Assembly: GCF_036321535.1 (NCBI RefSeq) | Contig: NC_087462.1 | Span: forward strand, 310,001-374,000 | Reading direction: 5' to 3' | Origin: Camelus dromedarius | Lineage: Eukaryota | DNA length: 64,000 bases | Shown here: one piece after another, positions 27,201 to 39,200 of the stretch | How the letters are laid out: every line of letters starts with the position of its first letter | Numbering within the stretch: the stretch's first letter is position 1 | The notes under the pieces: model-generated | Database searches by the model: none | What the model was told of the DNA's origin: nothing | The model's input: the letters and a program-made list of their open reading frames with translations, nothing else | Program-made: the position numbers and the translations under genes

Positions 27201-30200
27201 TGACTGCCCTCACCCTGGGCCTCAAGTGCTGTTTGGGGCCCCTGCTAAGGCCGGAGGTCCAGACACCCCAGGTGCCGAGTTCTGTGGAGCCAGGGAGCTT
27301 TTCTCCAGGCTTCGGGGTCTGGGTTGGGTGTGAGACCAGAGGTCCTGTACTTTCTGATAGGGGAGCTTGGGTCTCATCCCCTCCTAGGAAAAGTGTCCCC
27401 AAGGTGGGGCCCCAAATGGTGTAGCCAAGAGCTGGCTGGCCTGGGTGCGAGCTGGGTGGGCGGCCTGGGTCTAGGGGTCTGGTGAGGAGCTGCTGGGTGG
27501 CAGCAGATTCCTGCAGGAGCAGGTGCCCAGTGAGTGTGAGTGGTCATTTCAGACAGAAGTCCTCTGTTCCTGGCATCAGGGAGTCCTCCATGCCCCCACT
27601 CCCACAGGTGGGCGCTGGGGGGTTGTGGGGTGTGTTTTTGTGCACAGGGATGGAGAAGGGGTGTCTGGTGTCCCAGCAGCCCGCCTGCCCTGTCCCGGGG
27701 CCAGCGGCTGCCCCACTCTGGGCTAGGTCCCCACCCAGCCCGAGGCCCAGACACGGAGGTCCAGCCAGCCCACCCTGCCTGGCTGCCCTGCTCACCCCGC
27801 TGGATGTGTTGTCTGAGCCCTCAACTTTCCTCCAGGGATTCACCCGTGACCGCCACACCCGCAGCGGGGTGGGAGCTACCGCCTCCTGCCCTCGCCGGGA
27901 AGGAGACACCCATGTCCTCTGCTTCTGAAAGCCAGACAAAGGCCCAGCCCGCTCTCCCCACCCAGCCCGGGAGCCCAGCCAGGGGCTCAGGGGAGCCAGG
28001 GCCCAGACCTGTCTGCAACATTCCCCCCACTTGTTTATCTGCTCTGCTCCCCGGGCCCAAGGGGAGCCTCTGGGCCTCCTGACAGCAGGCCCTGGGCAGG
28101 GTGTGGCTGTGGGGAGGGGGGCTGCCTCCAGGGAGGAGGGGTGAAGAGGGAGGAAACACCCACCCAGAGCAGAGGAATGAGATGTTCTGGATGGGCCCCA
28201 TTGTTTCCTTTCCCGCCGTCCCTTTCATTTTCAGTAGGGCTACAGAAGCCCAGAGAGGGGCCACCGCTGCCCCCAGGTCCCAAAGCACAGGGAGGGCCCA
28301 CGGAGCTTGCCGCCCTATCGCAGGCCTTCTTGGCCTCGGGTCAGATACAGCGCCATGCGCCCCCCACTAGGTGGATCACTGGCTTTTCTGGGTGCAGACG
28401 TGCAGCAGGACTTGGTGTTAACCACCCGAACAGTCCTGCGAGGGAGCCGTCCCCTTGGGTTGGCGAAGGGTGGGGTGGCTCCATCTGGTGCCTCCCTGCG
28501 TGAGCACCTGCCCCTGGCTCCTCGTCCTCTTCCACGAAGGCAGAGCCAGCTCCAGGCACGGAGGCAATGGCTCCTGGAACGTAATCATTCACCTCCTTCC
28601 GTTTCCATGGATTCTGCTGTCAGAGTCACGGGAGATGGTGGCGGTTTGTGGTGGTGCTGGAAAGTTTCTTTTAAAGATAAATTGAAGAATTTGACAACAT
28701 TTCATTGATTTCAGGATTAAACTAATTTTCGTGAATTTAAGAATGTAAGGAGTTAGCAAAAACTAGCCAAGAACTAAGCAGTGGGGTGGTGGGAGGTGGG
28801 TGGTGATGTAAAGCTGGGACAAGGATGGGGCAGGGCGAAGGATGAGACACTGGGCGGGGGTCCGGAGCCAGATGCACATCCGACTGAGGGGGTCGCTGTG
28901 CGGCCCCAGGTGAGGGGTGCGGTGCTGCTCCTCTGGGAGCCTCAGGCTTTGGCTAGTAAAGATACTTAAGCTGGGAGCAGCTGTTCTCAGGTGCCAAGGT
29001 CCTCATCTGGGGTGAGGGCAAGTCTCGGATGCTGGGACGGGAGCAGGGGAGCAGAGTTGGGTCAGGACCCTCCCAGATTCCTTCTCGCCCTGAGGTCTGG
29101 ACCTTTTCAAGGAGAAAGTCTCCTCTGAGTGCTAACGAGGTCCCACTTGCTAATCTCCCTTTTTAATGAGGAGCAGAACCGGTTAAAAGGCGACTGTATC
29201 CAGTGATAATTGAATTTAATAAGTTTTTACTTTCATTGTGTCTTTTTTTTTTTTTTAATGTTTTCCCTCTGATGTTTGTGGCAGTGGCTTCTGGTCTTCA
29301 TAGTCTTGGTAACAATGTAACATTTCCTAGTACAAAGGAGTTTGATTCAAACAGAGTGAATCTGAAGAGCAGGGACACGCAGGGAGCGCTGGAGATGGTG
29401 GCAGGAAAACAGGAAGTTGGTTTGAGAAGTGCAAGCATCGTTGATTTCCCAGTCATTGAGTGAGCACTTGCTGTATACTAGGCTCTGTTCTGAGGGCTCT
29501 GTCCATATGACCGTGATTGTTTCTTACAGCAGCCCTGTGAGGGGGGGAAACTGAGGCACAGAGTGGTGATAGAACGTTCCTGGGGCCACGCAGCAGGAAA
29601 GTAGTGGTGCTGGGGTTTTCTCCTGGGGTGTCCTTTTAGCTGCCAGGGGAGGGGAGCTTTGTACCTTCCCAGGTCCCAGGGGCTGTGAGCTGGAGGGTGC
29701 TCCTGGGTGTCCTGACATTGGCTTTTCAGCCTGGGTGGTCTGCTGGGCCACACAGCAGGTGGCCTTTGTTGCAGTCTGGGTTCCTGGGGGCACCTGCTTC
29801 CCCTCCCAGGGACCCCTTCTGTGACTGCTGATTTGGAAGTGGGGCATGGAGAGGGGGTGTCCTGACTCCCCTTCTCTGGGCCTCACTTTTCTTGTCTGGT
29901 GAATGGAGACAGAGCCCACCCAGCCCCCTCCTAGACAGGGTGCCACGAGGGGCAGGGCAGGTGCCTTACAATTGGACCCTGTGAGTACCACCTGCAAAGA
30001 TCTGCTCCAGCCCCGTGGTGAGGCCCATCCTCAAGGGCCTCGTATTTTGATGCAGGGAAACAGGCTGATTTTCTTACAAAACATCACATCACCTTTCTGG
30101 AGTCTGCAACCCTATTCCTTCCATCCTTTCTCTATCTGGGAAGCCTGTTGTCTGTTCATTTAAGAAATACTCCCTGCTGACCATTTCGGCCCTGTGCAGG

Positions 30201-33200
30201 ATCAGAGGGGCCTGAAGGAGCCCGTTGGAGGGGTCTTCTTTGAGATGTGAGGAAGGTTTCCTGGTCCATTCTGCCATGGACCTTTTCTGCAAAAGATATT
30301 TCAGGGTTTACTCAGGCAGGCAGAAGGGCATACCTGGTGGAGAGTCAGGCCCATGCAAAGGCCCAGAGGTGGGAAGTGTTGAGAGAGGGGTGCATTCTTT
30401 GATCTGTGCTCTGGGGATTGGGTCCTCCCGGGCCTGTGGTGCCCAGCTGGGGATTCACAGGGAGCCATGGGTGGTGTCTGAGCAAGAGGGGAGTGAGGTT
30501 CCAACTCAGGCACCAGAAAGAGGGGCAGCTGAGGGCCCAGAGTAGGGAGAAGCAAGTCAGGGCTCAGCCTGGATGGGGCAGTGGGGGTAGTTTGGGGAGA
30601 AGTGTGGGAGCTGGGAGGACCACCCCCCACCAGCTGGGGTACACACAGGACCCACCCCCACCGGACAACCACCCCCACCCCACATCTGGGTGGGTGCAGA
30701 TCAGACTTCAGAACTTGGCAGTGGTTGGAGCTGCCTGCAAGGATGATGGCCTGGTCAAGGAGAGATAGCCCAGTCCCTAGATGTGCTGGGAGGCCCAGTG
30801 GCCCTGCTCCAGAAGGGTCTTGGGGCAGAATGAGATGGCTGAGTAGTGGTCTTGGTGCCTGAGCGTGCAGGCTTGGGCTGGGGTGCCTGTCTCCAAGGGT
30901 TTCAAGCAGGAACCCAGGGCAAGTCAGAGCCCATTGCTGGGACAGCCTAGGCTGGGCTAGGAATTGGGAAGGGTTGCCCAGGCCAGGCCCTGTGGTGGGC
31001 AAGACAGGTGAGGACCACCGTGAGAGCAACCTGGACAGAAGCAACAGAGACAGGCCTGGGGGCCCAGCTGGGAGAGCAGGGTGGGAGTGGGGACAGCAGA
31101 CTTGGAAGGCGCTTCCAGTGACACCTGTCAGGGAGCAGCCAGGTGATGCCCTGGTCAGTCTGTGTTCAAATCCTTCTGACCTGGAGAGTCTCAGGGCAGG
31201 GCCAGCAGGACCTTACGATGCCCCACAGGGTGGGCAGGACCCCAGCTCTGACTCCAGCATGGCCCTTGGTGAGAGAGTCAGTATTTCTGCTATATATATG
31301 TATGTATTTATTTATTCTTAACCAGCTTTTTTGAGATATTCACACACCACACAATCCTCCTGTTTAAAGTATACAATTCAGTAGTTTTCAGTACATTCAC
31401 AGAGTTGTATAACCATCACTTCTATCCAGTTCAAGAACATTCCATCACCCCCTGAAAAAAACCCATCCCCATCAGCAGTCACTCCCCACTCACTTCCCCC
31501 AGCCCCTGACAACCAGGAACCCCCTCCCTGTGTCTGGGGACTGGCCTGTTCTGGACGCCTCACATCCATGGACTCACACACTGTCCTTCTGTGTCTGCTT
31601 CTCTCCCTGAGCACCATGCTCTCAGGGTTGGTCCACGTGGGAGCAGGTGTCATTGTGCCTGATGTTCCCCTTTGTGGATGGATACATTGTGTTTGTCCAT
31701 CCCTCACCTGATGGGCATTCGGGTTGCTTTATGTATTTATTTATAAGTCACTTTCAGGGTGGTTGAGGCTTGTCTCTTGTCCTCTACTGGATGTGGGGAG
31801 CCCAGGTCCTGTTTTAGATAAATTTAACATTTTCTTTAAAGAGAAAAAAAAAAAAAAAAGGAAGCAATTACAGGACAAATGGTCCATGGAGGGTGGCAGG
31901 AGTGTGATAAGGATTGGGGAACCTTTGAGGGGCCCTCTTGAGAAATGGAAGGACCCTAATTGACTCGCTGGTCTATTGAACATTTATTGAGTACCTCCTG
32001 TGTACCTAGTGTCGGGGACATGGCAGGAACAAAAAGAGACCGTTACTGTCCTCAAGGGGAAATAAACAAAATAAGTAACATGATCAGGTGTTTCCTGGTG
32101 GTGAGGGCTGGCAGGGGTGGGGATGGAGGGCATGGAGGTGCTGAGGCTAATTGGGGGGGGGTGTCAGAGGAGGCCTGAGTGAAGAGGTGATATCTGAAGA
32201 CAGGCCTGAGGGAGTTAGTGAGCCCGTGGAGACCTGGAAGAGAGTGCACCAGGCAGGGAACACAGTCAGTGCAAAGGCTCCGAGGTGGCATGGCATGGCG
32301 CTGGGATGTTTGAGGTGGCTGGAGCAGAGTGAGGGGTGGGGAAGGACAGTGGGTGTCTTGGGCTGGTCTCTGCAGCTAAAGCCAGAGAAGGCCCAGGGCA
32401 GGGCCAGCTCCTCCCCTCCCCATCCCAGGTTAATGGACAACAGTTTTGCTCTCTTGGGTCTGTGGCCTGCTCTCTCGGTCTCCACCATGGGGGTGACATC
32501 TCTCAGCTTTGAACCTTCTAGAAAGTCCATGTCTCATGGGCTGCTTACCTCACCAGTAACAGTAGTAATCCTAGAGGCTCACCTGTGCTGAGTGCTGAGG
32601 GGCTTTGAGAAAGAGTAATTCCTTCCTGATGAGGAGAGGAGACCCAGGAAGGCTTCCTGGAAGAGGCAGCTGTGTTTGAGCTGAGCCTGGAGGTGGAGGA
32701 AAGAAAGGGGAAGGCAAGAAACTGATGAAGGGTGAGGGGCAAGCCCCTGGGGCTTCTGTGGTGGGCTGAGAGGTGGAGGAAGTGTCTGGAGGGGGAAGGT
32801 GCTGGTGGGTCAGGAGGGACAAAGTCCCCACAGGGAGCTGGAAAGCAGCCTCCCCTAACTCCAGCCTCCATCCAGTGAGGGAAGGGGCCCCTGGGCTCCC
32901 TCTCACCTCCCCCTCCCCGCGCCCCGTGTGACTCTGCCTCCCCCCACACACAGCCATGGCCAAGGTCGTTGTCAGCTGTTTCCTTTCAATTAGTGCAGGA
33001 ATGTTCCAGCTCTGGGCTCTACGCCTGCCTGGGCCGGGACCCCCTCATTCCGGCTGGAGCTGCCCCAGCGGGGCGTGGACTCTGGAAAGACAAGCGCGAC
33101 ACCCCCACCCGCCTCCCACCTCCGGCTCCGGCCCCTCCTGCCCGCTGGGTGACCTTGGGCCAGTTGCATAACCTCTCTGGGCCTTTAAAACATAAACGCC

Positions 33201-36200
33201 CGCAAAGCTAAGGCCTCGCTGGGTTTGGGTCTCATTAGCTCATCTCCTGGAGCCGGATTATCTCACGCGCTTGAAGCCGACGCCCTCGAGCCGCCCACAA
33301 GGCTGCTCGAGCCCAGAATTTGCTCCATGTGCCGTAAAAAATAACCGCGCAAGAACCAGACGCCTGCGCGCAGAAGGTGGGCGTCCTGGCGGAGGGCAAG
33401 TCTCTCCACCAGCAGCTGCGAGCTGTGGCCCATCGCGCAGCGGAGCCAAGGGAGGGCTCAGAGACGCAAGTGACTTGCCCGGGTCACACAGCCAGCGGGG
33501 AAAACTGACCCGCTGCTCTAACCCCTCCCCAGTGCTTTTTAGCCAAAACTCAGCTTCTCTGCCCAGCTTCTAAGATTTTTTGTAATCTGGCCCTGCTTCC
33601 CTGAGCGGAAGTGAGAGTCTCCACCATCCTGTTGACCATCCTGCACCCTCCAACCCCTGCTGCGCTCTGCCCCCCGCCAGACCTCCGGGAGACCCTGCAC
33701 TCAGTGCGCTCCGGAGCCTGCCTGGGTCCAGGTCCTCGCTCCACCGTTCTGATGCTTCAGTTCATTCATTGATAAAACGGCCATAATCATCCCACGTGCC
33801 TCACAGGACCTTCAGGAGGTTGGAGGCTTAGCAAATATTTACAGGCCTCGCTCCTCCCCTGACTCAGTTTCCCCTTCTGTAAAGTGAGGGTGAGCCCCGC
33901 CCGCAGAAGATGGTGAGCTCTGGAGAGGATGTTCCTATTGTATCACTGTTTTATTAGGGCTCCATCGTCCTATTTTGTTCTATTTTTCGGATTTATGATG
34001 TTGAGCTTTATCTTGGCTTGACCTTGGCTGCCTGGCGCCAAGGGTGGGTCCAGACCCTTCCTGGATAGAAGCCCCTCCCTGGGCGCAGCCCTGAAACCAG
34101 AAAGGGGATCCCCCTCCCACCGCAGTGGGGGGGTGGGGTAGACCCCATTACCCAACCAAATCCCACCCTATTTAGGCAGCCCCTGAGGCCTGGGGCAGGA
34201 ATCCCCTCAGCCCCTCAGCCCCCCAGCGCTGGGCCGGGGGCGGGAGATGCTCCGCGCCAGCCCCACCCCCGCGAGACCGCTGGGCCTCGGCGTTGCCGTG
34301 GAGATGGCGCGGTTACCAGGGCAACCGCCTCCCGCGGGCCCCGCCATCCATCACCCGCGGCTGCTGCGGCCGCCCGGGGCGGGGCCGGGTGCGACGGCTT
34401 TGGCGCCCCCAGGCCTGAGCCCCTTAGGCTGTGACAGCATCACCGGTGGAAAGGGATGGATGTTCTCTTCCTGAGCCGGCCCTCACCTCGCTGTGCCCGC
34501 CTGACTTTCCTCTGCCCTGGCTTGGCCCAGCAGGGACTGGCGAGCCCCGCGAGGACACTGCCCTCCTTGTCTCCAAGCCTGCCGAGCTGACCTCACCGCC
34601 ATCCCTATGTCCCCGTGTCTAGCCTGAACCGCCACCTGGCCGCCAGAATGGGGACCCAACATTAGGTGGCTTGGTCCCTCTGCCTGCCGTGGCCCTGTTT
34701 GCCTTGGGGTCTCAGCTGTTCTGCCCCCTCCCCCAACTCTGCCTCCTTCCTGGGTGGGTCCCTGGAGGCCACACTAGAGCTGGGAGAAGGGAAGCCCTAT
34801 GGTGTGGCCTGGAGCTGGGCAGAAATCCCAGCTCTGCTACTTTCTAGCTGTGTGACTTAAGGCAAGTGACTCACCCTCTCTGGGCCTTGGTTTCCAGCTA
34901 TGGGAAGAGCATATCAGGCCGAGGGAACAAGTGCAAAGGCCCTGAGGTAGGAGTAGGTTTGGTGCAGTTTGGGCACATCCCGGAGGTCCTGGTGGCTGGA
35001 ACAGAGTGAACAAGAGGAAGAGCCGAGGGCACCAGGGCAGAGAAGTGGATGGAGGCTGGGCAACCCTGGCCTTGTGGCTTCTTTCAAGGGGTGATGGGGG
35101 CCAGGGGGGCTTGAGAGCCAGAGAGTGACTGGTTCAGATTCTTGTTTTGAGAAGCTGCCTCTGGTCGTGGGCTGTCAGGGGACAGGGTGGTGGTGAGTAA
35201 TGGTAGAGGCCTAGGGTGAGGTGAGACAGGTGGGGTTTTCAAGAAGAGAGGGGGTGGGCTGATGTGGGGAACACAGTGGGTGGCCCCCTGCCCAAGTCAC
35301 CCAGGGTGACTGGGCAGACCTAGAAATCCAGCAGATCTGGCCCTTTAGGAAGGGCAGCTGAGCCATCTAGCTGGATCAAGCCTTTCTTGAACTCCACCCA
35401 GCTGAACCTAGCTTCCCTGAGGAAGGAGAGGGGGAAGCTGCAGAGGGTGTGGCTGATACTGCTGGGCCCCTGGGAGGCACAGAGGGGCAGGTGCCTCCTG
35501 ACAGGAAAGGAGGTGCTGGGTGGGGTCACCTCGCTGGGGCATGGGAGCCAGATGACTTCACAGGCCTCAGCGAGGCCAGGAAACTGAACCTGAGTGGGGC
35601 GGACGGATGGGGCACTGCAGCCACAGGATAGATGTCCACTGAGCAGCTGCCTGGCAGGGCAGGGGCTTGGGTTGGGGTAGACACAGTATGTGACTTTGGG
35701 CCTACTTCCCTTCTGACCCACAGCAGGAGGAGGGCATAACAGGGAGGGTTTAGATGGGGTGTGCAGGTGGGGTGTGCAGATGGGGAACCGAGGCCAAGGA
35801 GGGCAGAGGGTCTTTGGAGGCCCTGGGGTGGCTCCAGACCCTGAGACGAGGCCGAGGGGTGGGCGGGGTCTGAAGGACAGTCTGTGATTTCAGTCCCTGT
35901 GAAGATAAGGGGCTTGGGGCAGATGGGAGGGTCTAGCTCCCCCCGTGAGACTAGGCCTCCCATCAGCGCCTCCCAGAGTGGCCCTGTGATCACTGGGATT
36001 TGAGGCAGGCAATCTGGAAGCCCCCCACTTGGGCTCAAGAACCCTGCCCTCCCCCCATTTTTGCATTGTCACAGAGGCCCTGGAACCATGAGGTGACTAT
36101 TAAGCCCATTGCAAAGACTGTTCCAGGCTTGATTGGCGGGAGCATTTCACTCTACACCTACTGTGTGCAGCTCCAGGGACCCACCAGCGACCAGGAAGGG

Positions 36201-39200
36201 AGGGCCCAGGTGGAGAGGGGGTGCAGGAGAGGGGGGAGGGGCCTAGATGACTCATCCTCCAGGTCCTGGACCCCCTGCTGGCCCCTGTGCCCCACTGGAA
36301 GGCCCCAGATCCTCACAGCATGAAGCCCTGTCCCTTTAAGCGCACCTGGCAATACTGACATTTATCCAGCTCCTACTGCATACCAGCTTAAGGCTGAACT
36401 GCCTTACATGGGCTCTCAAAAGACATTGACTGGGTGAGAAAGGGAGTTTGGGTTTGAATTTCAAGGGTTGGGAGGTGGGGCTGGTGGGTCCTTCCTCCTC
36501 CAAGTGTCCTTCCCAGGGCTGGAGAATGCTTGGTGGGAGGCTGAGGAGGGGTCTGTCTTGATCGGTCTCTCCATCTGGGCAGAAAGGTGATGCAGCTCTT
36601 CCTGAGACACTCTTCTCCAGGCTTTGATTCCTGGGGAACTCCTATGCATCCTTCAGAGCCCAGCCTCCAGTGCTCTTTCTTCCCCAAACACTTCTCGGGT
36701 CTCTAGATGGAGCCTCACCTCTCCTGTCTCTTGCCCTCTCCCGGATTTATTGGGAAGATTTATCAGGAGAATTAATGAGATTGGATGGATGGAGAGACTG
36801 GTGCTGCCTCTGAGGTGGTGGGGAAGGGTCCCACCTGACAGAAGGGAAACTGAGGAGTTCACCCAGCTCAAAGACAAGGGTGGAGATTCAAACCAGATCT
36901 GCCGAAAGCAGGGGTAGGTTGGATCCTCGGCCTGACCTTCTCTGTCCCCGCAGGGTCCTGGTGGCAGAGACAACATCCCAGCAGGAGCGGCTTCAGGCCA
37001 TTGCAGTGAGTTCTCCCCAGTCCCTGAGACAGTGTGGCCAGTGCGGGGAGGCTGGGGAAACCTGGGGTCTCAGGGGCTCCCCACACCCAACCTGGGGCCC
37101 CAGGTACTCAGAACCAGGGCGTGGCGAGGGAAACTTGAGTGCCTGAAGGCCTTTCCCACAAAATGGAAATGCAGAGACCCCTTAGTCCTCAGTGTGGATG
37201 CTTAGCCCAAAAGTCCTCTTTGACCCCCAGCACAGCCCACCTGCAGTGGGGAAACTGAGGCTGGAGAGCAGGTGGGGGCCCTGGGGGTCACGTGGCTGCC
37301 ACTGACAGAAAAAGCGAAGTCCTCCTGGGCACAGGCCTGGGTAGTGGAGGCGGGGCGGGGGCTCCATGGCCCACGCCGCCCTGAGCGCCCATGCCGCCCG
37401 GTCAGGAGAAGCGGAGGAGGCAAGCAGAGATTGAGAGCAGGCGCCGGCAGCTGGAGGACGACCGGCGGCAGCTGCAGCACCTGAAGGTACGGGGCAGGCG
37501 TGCCCCTCGCAAAGCCAGTCTGGGCTTGGGGGGGACAGCAGTGCCCAGGGACCCTGGGCCTCGGCTGGATACAGGGGTTTGGGGGAGCAGGAAAGCTGGG
37601 GTGACCCTGACCCCGGGCCCCAACCTTACTCTGACCCCGACTGTGCCCCTGACTTTCACCTTGACTCCTGCTGCCCCAGTCCAAGGCGCTGCGGGAACGC
37701 TGGCTGCTGGAGGGGACGCCATCCTCCGCCTCTGAGGGGGACGAGGACATGAGGAGGCAGATGCAGGAGGATGAGCAGAAGGCACGGTTCCTTGAGGGCT
37801 CCATCTCCAGGTGGGCGGGGCTGCGGGACCTGCCCCCTGCCGGGTGCTGGGGCTGGGCCGAGGTGGGAGACCCTCAGTGCTCGGGGAACGCGTGGTGGGG
37901 GCAGGCCCCCTACCCGGGCCCCAGGGGCTGTGTGCGTCCCCTCCTCCCCTCGCCACCCGGCAGAGCAGGTGTGAGAGGGATGCACAGTCCAGGCGGATCT
38001 CCCGTCTCTCGCGTCTCTGAGGATGGGAGCTGCCTGCCTCCCTGGGGGCTTCCTGGCGCCAGCCCAGCTGGCTCTTCCTGGCTCTAATGGAGGCCATGGA
38101 GGCCACGGAGGCCCAGGCAGCTGGGCCTGCAGGAAGCCGGGGGAGGGGGCAGGCTGGGGAAAGTGACCATCCCATCTCCCTGGGCTGGGACAAAAGGCCC
38201 AGAGCAGTTTCCAGGCACGCAGGTGGGCAGGCGGGAGGCCCAGGCTCAGTCCTGGGGCCGCGGGGTCAGGCGGAGGGAAGTGACAGCCAAAATTCCAAAT
38301 GTCCGCTGGGCCAGGGAGGCCCAGAGATATGTGCCAGCTCTAGGCCCCACCATAGGCACCTCCAGATCCCATCCAGATGTGTCTGGTTTGGGAAAAAGTT
38401 GGGGACTGGCAGCTGGGGTCCCCACCTTGGCCTCAGCTTCCCCATGGGTGACCTGTGCGCCTGGAAGGAGATGGGGCTGCGCTGCATCTGGGAAAGACAG
38501 CAGGGACTGACCAGGCAGAGGGGCACTGGCAGGTGGGATGGAAGGTCGGTGGGAGTGACCAGCCACCGGGGCTGGGACAAGGTGGGCTCCTGGCCATCCC
38601 ACCTGCTGGGTGCCTCCCTGGGCAGGGGGAGGGTCTCCCATATGCCCTACTGGATGGCTGGCTTCTGGGGGCCTTGGCTTTCTTCCTTTTGGGGCAACCC
38701 ATTCCTCAGGTGATTCCATTACCTGCATTTTGCCCGCTCAGTGTTCCGGCCTGGACGCCTCCTCCAGGAAGCCCACCAGGCTGACCCTGCTGTATCCATC
38801 TTGCTGATCTGGGCTCACTGTGTTAGGGGCGGCAGACTCACTCCCCTCAGTCTGTCCTGAGCCTCCAGAGAGAATGCCCCCCTCACCCCCAGGCTGAGTG
38901 CCTTTAACACCTGCAGCCCAAAGCCTCAGGCCGGTGACACCTCGGTGGGAGTGAATATGCCAGTTTTGTTTTCACTGGGTGTACGGGCACCGTTATCTTC
39001 CAATACTTGGAAAGTGAAGTGATCTTTCCAGTTTCCCTGGAGAGATAAAACCTCCTGTAAAGATAAATGTATCTGAGTGGAAAAAAAGGAGAATCTCTTG
39101 GTAGCAGACAGAGGGGTGAACCCCAGCCCCAGGGAAGGGACCCATGGACCCGCCAGCCCAGGTTCAGGCCCCGCCTCTGGCCCTTGCTGGCTGCCCACAT

